64,000 bases of DNA from positions 101,840 to 165,839 of the forward strand of contig JAAOMT010000714.1 in assembly GCA_016748015.1 (NCBI GenBank). The letters run 5' to 3'. The number at the start of each line of letters is the position of its first letter. Position 1 is the first letter of the stretch. Shown here one piece after another: positions 12,395 to 25,685 of this stretch. The translations under genes were made by a program, and so were the position numbers. Below the pieces are notes generated by a model. It saw only the letters and a program-made list of their open reading frames with translations. It had not been told where the DNA came from and made no database searches. Source of the stretch: Geosiphon pyriformis uo1 (Eukaryota; Fungi; Glomeromycota).

Positions 12395-15300
12395 GTAGTT
12401 TGGTTTGGAAATTTGCTACGTGCAACGTTCGGGGTATCAATGTTCCTATGAAGCAAGCAGATGTTGTTTGTTGGCATGTGAGTTCGGGAAATATGGTTTT
12501 TTTTATCACTGAGACTAAGTTGAGGTCCTCTTCTGGGCTGTGGATAAAGGATAAATTTGATGGAGTGCGAATATTTTCTTCTGGCTTGGATAAGGGTTTC
12601 ATGGGTGCTGGGGTTGCAATTGTTATGAACACTGCTTTGGCCCGTCATGTATCTAAGGTGGAGGAGATTCCTGGTCAGGTTATTTCTGTTCAGCTCCTGT
12701 TTAAGGGCAAGCTTTCGGTTACTGTTTTGGGGTTGTATGCTGGTGTCTCCTCTGGGACTAGATTTGGTTAGGCTTCTGAAATTAACACCCTCATTGCAAA
12801 GGCAGTCAACTCCAGCAATTTTGTCATTTTGGGTGAGGACTTTAATGAGAATGGATCTGGTAGAAGTGCCAGTTTCAAGTTTTGTTTGAGTTTAGGTTTG
12901 GTCAATTCATTTGTTGGTCATCATTTGGCTAATTTTTATACGTGGAACAATTTGAGAGGGGTTGGGAAAACAATTGATTACATTTTTGTTGGTAGTAATT
13001 TGTCTGCTGTTGTTGCTGGCCATCAAGTTGTCTCTGTTTCAGATTTTTTTGACACTGATTACAAGGCTGTTGTAGTTTCAGTTGGCTTGGGTGGGCTTCT
13101 AGATGTACAATTGAACAGTTTGCACAAGCAAGCGAATAAGGATCGTTGGAAGTTCAAAATCAAGAATGCTGACTGTGTTGGATGGGCTAAGTTTAAGGAT
13201 CTCTCGTCAGCTAAACTTTTGTCTTTGGGTGAGGTGTTCTCTGGTGCCGAAATACGTGGTAATGTGGATGCTATATGGGCAGTTTTGGTGGGAGCTGTGG
13301 TGGATTCTGCTGACGTGACATTTTTGAAGCATTGGTTTAGTGAATTCAAGTGTTCGAGAAACAAACATTCTTCTAGGTTTTTTGGTCTGGAATTGTTGGT
13401 GGCTAAGATTGTTAAGAGATTTTGCTCTGGTGACTTGCTGGGTGCTAATCGTCTTGTGAGTAAATGGTCAACTCTAGATGACGCAAAGACTCGTGCTTTC
13501 AAGGACTTGGTTGGCTCAGGTGTTAAATCTGATGTTGTTGTCAGGCATTTGTCATTGGTTCGCAGAGATTACAGGAGATCGAAGATGTTTGAGTCAAGGT
13601 TGGCTGAGGAAGCTTCAGTTAGGAAGGCGATTGAGAAGCGCATGGATAATTTCTGTTCGAATAAGGATAGTATGATCAGGAGTGTGTTGGAAAAGCCTTT
13701 TTGCAAGGTTGTGTTGGATCACTTGATAGTTGATGATAATCTGGTTTTGTTGCCTGAAGAGGTGAAGTCCAGTGTGGATAGAATAATGGAGGGGTGGACA
13801 AGGAAACGCTCCATGCAGTCAGTGCTTCCTGGTCTTTGGGCTCGTTAGTATGCGCCTTTGGACTATGTTCGGGATGATGCTTTTTCAGGTGTTATGAGTG
13901 CAATCAGTATGGGCGAGTTACTTTCTGTTGTTGGTAGTCTTCTTGATGGCAAGGCTGCTGGTTTGTCTGGTGTTCCTAATGAGTTATGGAAACATAGTGG
14001 TGAGGTGGTTTTGGGGTGCCTATTGGCACTGTTTAATAAATGTTTGTCTGGTGGTGTGGTGTCTGTTTTGTGGAAGAGAGCTTAGGTGTCAATGATTCCT
14101 AAGCCTTATGACTGGAATGGAGTTCTTACGAACACTCGGCCTATTGCTTTGATTGAGACTGCCAGAAAGATTCTTTCCAAGATTCTGTCTGACCGTATTT
14201 CAATGGCTTATAGCAAGTTCAATGTTCTTCAGGGTGACAACTTTTCGGTGCTAAAGGGTACATCAACACAATCTCTGGTGTTTGCTGTCGATTCGGTAAT
14301 TGAGGATGAGAAGGATAGGGAGTTATGGTTGGTCTTGCAAGATATGCGGAAAGCTTATGATTCAGTTGGGTGGCATCATTTAAGAGCTAGTTTGCGGTGT
14401 GTCAAGATATGTGAGAGGTTCATAAGGTTTTTTGGTGGTATTCATGAGGATAGAGTTAATAGGGTGATGACTGACTTTGGTTTGTCTGATGGTTATAAAG
14501 TGTATGATGGGCTGGACCAGGGTGAGGTCTTTTCGCCACTTCTTTGGAGAATTTTTTATGATCCGCTTTTATGTGAGGTTAAAAACATGAACAATTGTGT
14601 GAGTACTGGATTGATACTAAGTTTGTTTCAAAATCTGGCAGAATTGAGGGCAGTGGTGGTTTGATATCGTATTTTTCGGCTGGTGCGTTTGTCAATAATA
14701 TGATCTGGGTTGGAAATTGTCAGGCTTCTACTCAATATGCTCTGAACATTGCCAGTGAATTTTTTGTGATCAATGATATTTCTATCAATAGTGAGAAGAC
14801 AGTAGCTATTCCCATCAATCAGGGTGTTAAAGTTGCTTCATTGAACATTTGTGGTCAGCCAATTTCTATTGCCAAGAAAGGGGAAGCACATCGATATCTG
14901 GGTATTTTTCTGTCAACTGAAAGGCTCTCCAAGCCAAGTGTTGCCAAGGCTCATGCGGATGTACGTTTTTTTGTCAATATTGTGCTTAGGAAGACTATTA
15001 CTGACAAACAATTCTTCTATCTAGTGTCAGCTGTTTTGCAGCCTATTGTTAGCTATTGTACTCAGTTCAGTTTTGTCTCATCTAATGTTTGTCGCAAGTG
15101 GGATGCCTTGGTTAGAAAGGGTCTTAGGTTCAAGGCTTGTTTCCCCCGTGATTTTCCTGACGCTGCTTTGCATCATCCCTCATTGTATGGCCTAAAGCCT
15201 TTTGAGCAGGTGCAGTCAGAAGGGAAGGTTGCTGCTTTGATGGCGTTCTCTAATGCCTTTGGCATTCTTGGGCATTTGTTTAAACATAGGTTTTTGGACC

Positions 15301-17069
15301 TACAGATTCTTAGTTGGGCTCCTTTGGATCCTTTGCAGTTTCCAGTCAGGTTGTGTGTTAGTCTGGTGAACAATTTTTTGGCTGGGATGGTGAAGATCTT
15401 TCTGGACAATGAGCTTACTTTGGTGAACAACCTCCCCACTGCATTTCGTGGTCCTGGTCGGTTCTCGTTGTCCTCTGTTCTTGGAAAGTCTCTGTATTTT
15501 GATTCGGTCAAATCCCTTAAACGTTTTGGTGTCGCTTTTAGTGATCGGCTGTTTGATAAGAAAGGTGTTTTGTTGAATTGGAAAACTTTTTGTCATTGGA
15601 AGAGGTTAGATCTGCGTGGTCCTGTGTCTCACTGGTTCATGGTTTCTTCTGAGTTTTTGAAAGATCAGAGTTACTCATTTTCTGGTTCTGTTGGCTCTGC
15701 AGAAAAGCTTGGTTTGGACATTTTGGGATCTGGGGAATTTTCTGCAGTTAAAGATGGATTGCATGACATTTGGTCAGGCTTTTTTGAAGTTTTCACGGAT
15801 GGGTTTTTGAAGAATGCAGGCTCTGCTGAGGTCACCTGTGATGCTGCTGCATACTTTCCGGTCTTGGATAAGAGCATTGGTGTTGCTGTTCGTGGTCTTT
15901 TGTCATCTACTATGACCGAGTTACAGGCTGTCGCTTTGGCCTTAGAGTGTGTTCCTTCTTCAAGTACTGTGGTGTTACGTCTTGACAGCCAGGCTGCTAT
16001 TGACGCATGTGTGTCTGAGATGTCTTTGGTTGCCCCTGATTTCCGTAATCAATACTGGTTGGAAAGGCATCATATTTTTAATTTGGTCAGAGATAAGGAT
16101 CTCAGTGTGAGTTGGGTTAAGATGAAAGGTCACTCTGGGATTCTTGGTAATGTGAGAGCTGACTTGACTGCTGGGACTGCCTCTGGGTCTCCCTTTTCTC
16201 TTTGTGCCGATGTGTGTAAACATTTTTTGGTTGCTGAGGGTATCGCTGTTTCTGGTAATGCCCGTCATTTTGTCAGGAATATTTTTCGATCAATTTGTTG
16301 TGCTTGTTGGGAAGCTGGGCCTGGTTGTGATGTAGTTCCGGATGTGATGATTGGTTGCATAGACTGGGTTGTCACGGCAAAGGTGTGGCATCCTGATTCT
16401 CATATGCTTGCTGGGTTCACTAGCCACGCATCCTCAATGCTTTGCACTTATGTTATGAAGGCTGTGCATAGGAGATTGCCGGTGGCAGTAAGGAAGAAGT
16501 TGTATGATAAGTGCTACCCTAGTGTGTTGTGTTTGTTTTGCGGTGAGGTGGAGTTCTTTGACCACGTTTTTACTTGTGTTTATGAATCTGGCATTCATGG
16601 TGAGATTTTGGCGGAGGCTTCTGCCCGTTGGTCAGCTTTGGCTGGTGGTTCCCCTGCTTCTGCTGTGTTGCGGGTTTTGTCTCAATGTTCCATTGATGTT
16701 GGGCTTTACACTTTGGTGTGCAAAGGGTTTGTGCTCGAAGAGTGGTATGAGGAGGCTTGCGATGTTTTTGAGGATAGAAAGGTGGCCACTGCTCAGATTG
16801 TTGATTATGTCAGGTTTGTTGTTGGATTACATCGTGCTAAAGTATGGTTGGCTAGAGCCAGCCACTGGGTGGTAATAAAGAAGGCTGGTCTGGTCTGTGA
16901 CGTTGGTGTTGTTTCTGGGCTCCCTTGTGGTGTGTCTTCGGTTTTGTTTAACGGTATTGTAAGATTGCTTGGTTTGGCCGATTCCTTTGCTGTTAGCTTT
17001 GGTCGTTGGAAGCCTTATTGTTTCTTTTCTGGTCTGGGTGGCAGTGTGCGGGTAGTTATAGATGTGTAG
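12391..17069 (+). pseudogene. LINE ORF2: APE endonuclease, reverse transcriptase, RNase H, CCHC finger
   Basis: APE: TCNVRG, ETK, EDFN, IDYIFV. RT: RPIALIET, DMRKAYDSV, GLDQGEVFSPLLW, RYLG. RNase H: FTDG, ELQAV, LDSQAA, KGHSG-GN. Finger: CLFC..DHVFTC. Lesions: start ATG>ATA, TAG at 12769, 13846 and 14083, frameshift ~14581, catalytic DD>NN at ~14694. Confidence 0.95.
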
Positions 17070-17289
17070 TGTTGCCTTGTCTGGCCTGAGTGGCTAGCCA
17101 CATGTAGAAAGTGTGTAAGTCGCGTTTAGTTTGAGCCTCTTAGTTTGGCTCTATGTACTAGATAGCGATTGGGCTACACTCATTAAATGTGTTAATAAAA
17201 AAAAAAATGTTTTAATAAAATTTTATGTGTTTTTTTAAATAATAAAAATTTAATTTAATATAATAATAACATAATAAAATAATGAAATT

Positions 17290-20200
17290 TTTCTCTTATT
17301 AATCTCTTGGTTATAATAAAAACAAATGATTTGTTAAAGATATAGCTTTTTTTTTTTCTTTTCCCTTTGTTTTTCTTAGTTATTTTTTCAAACACACTTC
17401 TATTTATTATAATAGAATCAGTGAACTTGTTTGGTGGTAGTTTTGATTCTGATTTGACTAGTTTGAGAACTCATTCTAATATCAAGAAAAAACATATAAA
17501 AAGTATCTACTTTTGTAGTGTATTATATAAAAAACTGAAGAAGTCTAAAGTTAATAGTATTATAATTGACTTATTTACTGGCTTTATTAGTTTAGAAAAA
17601 ATTATAGGCTTTAACATTAAATCTGTAGTGTCTTGAAAAAGCAATGTTAATAGTATTACAAATAATATTGGTTTCAAATATTAAGAATATAAGAAACATA
17701 ATTGTAAAAGAAACTAGTTATGCAAATTTGGATGCTTTAATGGGCAACAAAAATATGGACAACATTATGTTAAAGAAAACTTACATTTGTACATATATGT
17801 TAAATTATTCACCAAAAGCTTTAATATTTGATGATATAAACAATAATAATAATATATTGAAACTTCTATTTTTCAAATTTACTAGTTTTAAGTAGTTGTC
17901 ATTTGTTAAGTCATGAGTTTTTAAAAAACAAAATTTTGAGCCAGTTAAATTTTTTATGTTAGATATTAAATTATTTGTTGTACTTGACAAAATTAAGTTT
18001 TCTATTAAAAAAAATTTTTATTACATCAATGGTTTTAGAAAAGTATTGATTTTCTCAAAATTTCTAAATATTATTAGATCTACTTTCATTTCTGAATTGA
18101 GTTTAGACAAAGCAAAAAATTTGGCCATCAGTAAGAAAATCTTAATAAATAATAATATTAGAAGACCAAATAATTATTTGGATTAGAAAATAATTGTCAA
18201 AAAAATTTCAGTTAATCTTTCTAAATTAGCTGTAGAATTAATTTTTTCCAAATTTGGTAAGCTGGTTTCAATTAAGATGCAATTGATTGGTTTTTGGCAA
18301 AAAGCTTTGATTAAGTTTAAGTCATTTAAAGTTGTTAAATTAGTTGCTTCAAAGTAATTGGTTTTTATAAAAAAATTCTATGCATATTATATTAATAGTT
18401 AATAATAAACAATTATAAGTATTCAGAGATTTTTATCAGACTTTGTTGTATATTTTGTCTGTTAATACTATTGCTCATAATTTTTCTGGTTTGTTGGAAT
18501 TATATAGTAAGAAAACTTGCTTTATTGGCTATAATCTGAGTTCATATGTGCATAATAGGTGTGCTATAATTTGTTTTGCTAATAAAATAGCTAAAATGGC
18601 TGCTATTATTTCTATTCTAGTTTTTAAGAGTGTAAATTTATGCTGAACTAGTTTTTTTTAGTCTGTTGTGCTTAGTGCAAACAATTTGATTATGTTTCTA
18701 ATATGTTTTCAATGAATAAAAATCTTGGTGTTTATAGTAAATAGATGATGTTTTCTCAGAATTGAATTTGTTTAGCCAATATTTATAAAAAAAAAGCAGA
18801 CACTAATTGCCCATTCAGTGTCTTTTTGTGGAAAAACTTGGGCCCAAATTGTTAATAATTCTATATTTTGTGTAACATCTTTGGTTCTTTTCAGTACTGG
18901 TTTATTTTTAAATGTTAAATCTCTTTTGCTAGTTTTTTTTTAATATAAGTAATAGGTTTGCTGCTTTTGAATACAGTTTTGTTAGTCTTATGGAGCAAGT
19001 TAATAAGCTGACTAAGAAATTGGACACACTTAAACCAATGGTTTTTCAGTCTAGCCCTGAATGTTAGCTATTGGTGACTTTTTCATCACAAAATCAAGAG
19101 ACAGATATAGTAATAAATAAGGATTTGAATGCAGTTATTTGTAATGAGACTGTTATAAAAGCAGTAGTTTTTGATATATTAATTGTTTTAAAATTGGAAA
19201 AAAATATAGACAATTTGTCAGCTTTAGTTATAAACCTAATAGCCAAGATAGACAATTTTAGTTTGGATGTAAAAGATCTCTTTTCTTAATAACAAATCTG
19301 GTTTAAAAGATTGTTACTTGTTATATTAGAGATTTCAATGTTTCTGTCAAGCAGAAAGATGTTGTTTATTGGCATATAGATTTAAGTAACATGATTTCTA
19401 TTATTATTAAGACAAAATTAAAATCTAAAATCAGGTTGTGAATTATGAATAAGTTTAGTAAAGTTCGAATTTTTACTTCTGGCTTGAATGAAAGTTTTTT
19501 TTGGTGTTGGTATTACTGTAATTATAGATAGTTCTATAGTTTGACATGTTTTAAAGATAAATAAAATTCCAAATTGGTTGATTTTAATATGTTTTTTGTT
19601 CAAAAACAAGCTTTTAATTACAATTTTGGGTTTATATGCTAATGTGTCTGTTGGTGTATAATTTGGTCAGGGTTCTAATATCAATTTTATAATTTTTAAA
19701 ACAGTTAACTCTAGCTTATTTGTGAATTTGAGTGGTAATTTTAATAAGAATAGTTTTAAAAAAAGTGTAAGTTTTAAGTTTTGTTTGGATCTAAGTCTGG
19801 TTAATGTATTTAATAGACATTTATTGACTAAGGCTTTTATTTGGAGCAATTCTAAAGAAATTAAAAAAGTGTTAAATTTTATTTTTGTGAATAAAAACTT
19901 GGCATCTGAAATAGCATATCATAAGATTGATGTTGTGACAAAGTTTTTTGATACAGATTATAAGACAGTATTACCAAAAGTTTTTAGTCTTTTTTTTTAA
20001 ATATTGTTAATGTTGATTTGCTGTAAATTTACATTTTCAGATAGTTAAACTTTCAATAACTGAATTTATTTTCAAATTATCTTCTATAATTTGAACTGCT
20101 AGATTTATCAATGAAATAGCCAATTTTGTGCCAGTTACTTTGTATAGTTATATTATAGTAAATGTCAACTTTTTCTCAAGAATTGCTTGTCTAGAAGCTC

Positions 20201-23200
20201 ACTAAAACTCTGTAGTTATTTTGCTATAAAAGTCAACTTTTCTACAGAAATCTTGTTTGTAGGCTACCTTAATAATTATAATAAGAAAAGTAAAAAAAAA
20301 TAAAAAAAATGCAAAGAAATAGGATTTTGTCAAAAGAAACGTTTTTTATTTAGGTCTGGAGTTACTAACAGATTACTGAAATTGGTAGCTAATTAATTTC
20401 AAAATGTTAGTTGTATTGAGGGAGTTTTAAGTATAAGAATTTAAAGAATTTGGTTTTTGAATATTTAATTTTTATTTGTGATGTGTAAAAATAATTTGTT
20501 CTAATTAAGATATCTAAAGTAAAATACTATTATAAGATACTATGAGAAGATACATTTTTTTTGAAGAGAAAAGCTTTTCTTTTATACAACTTGTTATAGT
20601 ACTAGTCTTTGAATTTGTACTTTTTTTTTGCTCTAATTTTGGTAAACTAAAGATATATTTCAGCAAACTATAAGTTATTTTTACAAACTATTAATTATTT
20701 CGGCCAATTTTTATTAATTTCGGCGAATTTTGATTATATTAAATGGTTCAGAGTATTGTGTAATTTGATCATTTTAATTTCTATAGTACAAATCGGGTTA
20801 TTAATTGAATAATAATATTTGGTAATAATTGAAATGATAATAATATATGCTAATTAATAATAAAAATTATGAGGATAATTTTATGCTAATTAATAGCTAA
20901 AATTTTACTAGTAACAATAGTCTCAATATTAATTGGTTTAGATGGTTTTTTAGATGTTTATCTTGATAGTATTTATAAACAGACTAATAAAAATTAATAG
21001 AAGTTCAAGTTAAAGAATGTAGATAATGCAAAGTAGATATAATTTGAAAAATAATTTTTTAATGAATTGTTGACAAATTCGAATGTATTTGAGGAAACAT
21101 ATGATTATAGTAACTTGGATGTAATATTGAAAGTCCTAAAAGAAGTTATAATACATGCTACTAATATGGTGTTTTCTAAGCATTAGTATAATAAATATAA
21201 TTGTTCAAAAAACAAACAATCTTCAAAATATTTTAAATTGAAATTGCTTATTGCAAAGATTATAAAAAAATGAAATTTAAAAGATCTATTAAAATTCAAC
21301 TGTCTTGTTAGAGTTGGTTATCTATTAATAATGTTGAAGCATCTATGATTATTAGCATAATTTAGAGTAGTATAAGCTTAATAAAATTATTTAAACATTT
21401 GTTAATGATGTGAAAAAAATATCAAAAATCTAAGTATTATGAATCAAAAGCATCTGAGAATATAATTATTAGAAAGACAATTGAACAATGCATGGAAAAT
21501 TTTTGCTCTAACAAAAAACAGATAATAAAAAGTATTTTAGAAAGACTATTTTGCAAAGTTGTTTTGAATTACTTAATAGTAAAAGATAAATTGGTAATGG
21601 AGCCTGATAAGATGAATATTAGAGTTGATGTAATCATAAAAAGATGGATAAAGAAGTGATTAGTGTTTCTAAAGATGCCTAATCTTTGGTTTTGTTAATA
21701 TATGCCTCTGAATTATATGAATAATGATGCTTTTTTTGGTGTAATAAAAGAGATTAATATGAAAGAGTTGACTTTAGTTGTTAATAATTTGCCAAATAAT
21801 AAAACTGCCAGATTGTTAGAAATACTTAATGAACTTTGGAAACATTATGGTAAAAAAGTGTTGGGTTGTTTTTTAAGATTAATGAATTTGTGTTTAACTT
21901 TAGATATGGTTTCAATTTCTTGGAAAAGAGCATATGTTTCAATAATTCCAAAATCTTATAAATAGAATAGTGTCTTAATAAATACTAAACCTATTGCACT
22001 AATTGAAACAGCTTAGAAGATTTTATCTAAGATTTTTTCTGATTAGATATTATTAACATACAGCAAATTTAATATTCTTTGTGATGATAACTTTTTGGTG
22101 TTGAAGGGTACTTCGACTTAGTTTTTTATCTTTGCCATTGAGTTAATTGTAAAAAATGCTCTAAAAAAGAATAGAAAGCTTTAGTTAATATTGCAGAATA
22201 TGTGTAAAGCTTATAATTTAGTGAGCTAACATTATTTGAGGACTAGTTTGTAATATATTAAAATATGCAATCAGTTTATCAAGTTTTTTAGCAACATTCA
22301 TGAGAATCAGATCAACAAAGTAATAATAAATTTTGAACTTTTAAATAATTATAGAGTACATAATAGTTTGGATTAGAATAAGATCTTTTTTTTACTTCTT
22401 TGAAGAATTTTCTATAATTCACTTTTGTGTAAGATCAAAAGACATAAACACTTGTGTAAATACTGAATTAATACTAAGTTCATAATAAAAACTGGCAAAA
22501 TTGAAGCTGTTAAAGGAAAAACTTTTTTTTTGCTGTTAGTGTTTTTGTTGATAATACAATTTGGGTCAAAAATAATCAAGCTTCTATACAGTATATTTTA
22601 AATATTGTCAGTGAGTTCTTTAATATCAATAATATCTTAATTGATAATAATAAAACTGTGGTTATTTCTATCAATTAGAGTGTTAAAACTGTCTCATTAT
22701 TAATAAATGGTTTGCCAATTTTAATTGCTAAGAAAAATGAGTTGTATAGATTCTTGATATTTTTTTGTTTACTAAGAATCTTTTTAAGTCTAGCTTAGTT
22801 CAAACTTATACAGATGTCAGATTTTTTTCCAATGTAGTATTAAGAAAAGTAATTATGAATAAACAATTTTCTTATTTAGTTTTGGCTGTTTTGCAGTTCA
22901 TAGTTGGCTACTAAATGCAGTTTAGTTTTGTTTTATTGAATGTATATTGTAAGTAGAATGTTATAATTAAGAATAGTCTTAAAGCCAAAACTGGTTTATC
23001 ACATGATTTTTTTAATAAGACTTTGTATTATCTATTTTTATATAGTTTAAAACTCTTTAAGCAAGTGCAATCTAAAGAAAAAGTGGCTTTATTGATTTTT
23101 TTTCCAATACCTGAGGCATTTTTAGATGTTTATTTGAATATAGGTTTTTGAATTTGCAAGTTCTGAGGTGGTTTTCTTTAAATTTTTTACAGTTTCTTGT

Positions 23201-25050
23201 TAAGTTGCATGTTAATCAAGTAAACAATTTTTTAGTTAAGGTGGTAAAAATTTTTTTGGACAATAAGTTGTCTTTGACAAACAATTTGTTTATTGCTTTT
23301 TGTGGTTCTAATAAGTTTCTAATGTCTAGTATCTTGGAGCAACTCTTATATTATAGTTTTGTTCTTTCTTTAAAATAGTTTGGTATTGTATTTAGTAACA
23401 GACTTTTGAACAAAAAAGGATATATGATGAATTGAAAGATGTTTTGGCAATAAAAAAGATTAGATTTAAGAGTCTCTGTATCTTATTAGTTTATGCTAAT
23501 ATTTAAGTTTTTGAGTAAAAATGTTTCTTTGAAGATTGAGTTTATTAATGTTTATAGATCACTTGGATTGAATATTTTGGGATCTGAAAAGTTCTTTAAT
23601 ATATGAAAGAGTTTGCTGAAAATTTGGTCTGATTCTATTAAGACCTATACAAATAAGTTCTTAAAGTGCATTGGTTTCACTAAGGTAATAAGTAGTATAG
23701 CTGCTTATTTTCTGGCTGTGAACATAGATATTAGAATTAGAGTAAATAAGCTTTTATTTTCTACTTTGGCTGAGTTACAGGTTGTTGTTTTGGCATTAGA
23801 ATGTGTTCTGTTTTTGTGTGCTGTAATTTTGTATCTAAACAGCTAATTTGTGATTAATGCATATGTATTTGAGACTTCATTTGCTGTACTTGATTTCTGT
23901 AATTTATGTTGAATTAAAAGAAGACATGTTATTAATCTGATTAAAGATAAAGACATTTCTGTTAAATGAGTAAAAATTAAAAATTCTGAACAATATTAAG
24001 ACTAATGTAATAGCTGGTAAGATCACTTTTTCTTTTTTTTTTTACAAATTGGAATTCAGAATTGGTTTTTGGTGGCTTATAATATGGCTGTATCTAGTAA
24101 TACTTGTTATTTTGTTTGTAATCTGTACCAGTTAATTTGCCACATTTGTTAAGAGACTGGTTCTAATTACAATATGGTTTTGGATACTATAATTAAGAAG
24201 ATTGATTAAAATATTACTACATGAATCTGGTATTCTGATTTGTATATGCTCTCTGAATTTACTAGTAAAAAATTGGCCAATTTGTACATGTATTTGATGA
24301 AAGTAATACACAAATAGCTACCAGTAGTAATTAGGAAAAAATTATATAACAGAAAGTATCTTGGTGTACTGTGTTTACTGTATAATAAGGTAAAATTGTC
24401 TGATCATGTTTTTATTTATGCTGATAATATGGATATTAACAAAAACATTCTGGCTGAAGCTTTTAATAAATAATTATTATTGGCAAGTATTTTTTGCTTA
24501 CTTTTTTCTGCTGCTTTGCAGTTGCTTTTTTTGTGTTCTTTGAATGTGGATTTGTATGCTACAATTTGCAAAAGTTTTGTGCTAAAAAACTGGTATAATA
24601 AGACTGTTTTGGTTTTTGATAAAAAAAAAAGCTGCTTTAGCTTTTATTAAATAACTGAAGTTTTTTGTGAAATTGTATTACACTAAAATGTAACTTGTTA
24701 GATTTAAGCATAAGATAAATATAGAAAATACTAAATTGGTCAAAGATGATAATTTGATTTCAAGCTTGTCTTGTAGTGTAGTGTCTATATTATTAGATAG
24801 ATTGGTTTATATGCTTAATATTTTGGAATTTTTTATTACTAGTTTTAATAAACACAAAATATACTGTTTTTTTTTGATTAGATGATAACATTTATGTTAA
24901 TATAAACATGTAGTGTTATCTTGTTTGGCCTGAGTGGCTGGCCATATATAGTAAAAGCATAAGCTGCATTTAATTTAAGCCAGTTAGTTTGAATCTATGT
25001 ATTAAATAACAGTTGAATTTTACTTATAAAATTATTAATTCAAAAATAAA
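17290..25050 (+). mobile_element. LINE copy 4, full length, heavily decayed, with a 948-bp insertion
   Basis: 5' end alignable to the copy 3 5' UTR. Junction ATAA at 19289-19292; RNase H remnant YTNKF at ~23646; ORF2 stop TAG at 24911 followed by the tail (GGCCTGAGTGGCTGGCC). Confidence 0.9.
19969..20916. mobile_element. Probable solo LTR inserted in the APE domain of LINE copy 4
   Basis: Removing it restores DTDYKTVSILIGLDG. Termini are TATTACC (TGTTACC with G>A) and AGTAACA; 4-bp TSD ACAG (19965-19968) / ATAG (20917-20920); no ORF inside. Confidence 0.7.
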
Positions 25051-25685
25051 TTTAATTAATAAGACCAATATAATTAACTTAGATTTTAAAAAACCAATTA
25101 AAAGTCAACTATAAAATTAGCAATGATAATAATAAAAACAACTAATAAATATAGTAAACTTTTTCTATAATTAAACTTTTTAGTTAGCATATTTATAATA
25201 ACTATAAAAAAATAAGATTATAGAAAATAATTAATATTTTGTTATATAATCTATATATTATATGTATAATATAATAACCAATTAATTATATTAAATATTT
25301 ATAAGACTATATTAAGAATTTTAAAATTAATAAATAATAAATTAAATATTTTTGTTTTTGTTTTTATATTTTTTATTAGTATATTTAATTTTTTTAAATT
25401 GAATAATAAAATGTTAATAATATTTATTAATTAATTATTCAATTTTAAAAAATAAACATACTATTATAATTAAAATTCATAGTTTTTATTAATTATTACA
25501 TATATTAATTACTAATATTATATAATTAATTATCTTATTTTTAGATAATAATTATTGATTTAATTATTAATTTAGTTGCTAATCTGGTTATTAACTATTT
25601 TCAATAACTATATAAGTGATAAATTTTTTAACTGTAAATATATCAATAATAAAAATAATGAAATAAAACTAGTATTAAAAACAAA

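Larger units (their letters stand above)
10309..17204 (+). mobile_element. LINE copy 3, full length (~6.9 kb), least decayed copy
   Basis: Pyrimidine-rich 5' UTR, ORF1, ORF2, tail and poly(A). TSD AAATGTTTTAA at 10298-10308 and 17205-17215. Confidence 0.97.

Noticed and set aside
10825-16268. Antisense ORFs within LINE copy 3 (and similar ones in copies 1 and 6)
   Set aside because: Shadow frames of the G/T-rich LINE coding strand; not conserved between copies.
17067-17200. Hammerhead or HDV ribozyme in the tail
   Set aside because: A GAAA loop is present, but there is no CUGAnGA core and no HDV-type nested pseudoknot that I can identify.
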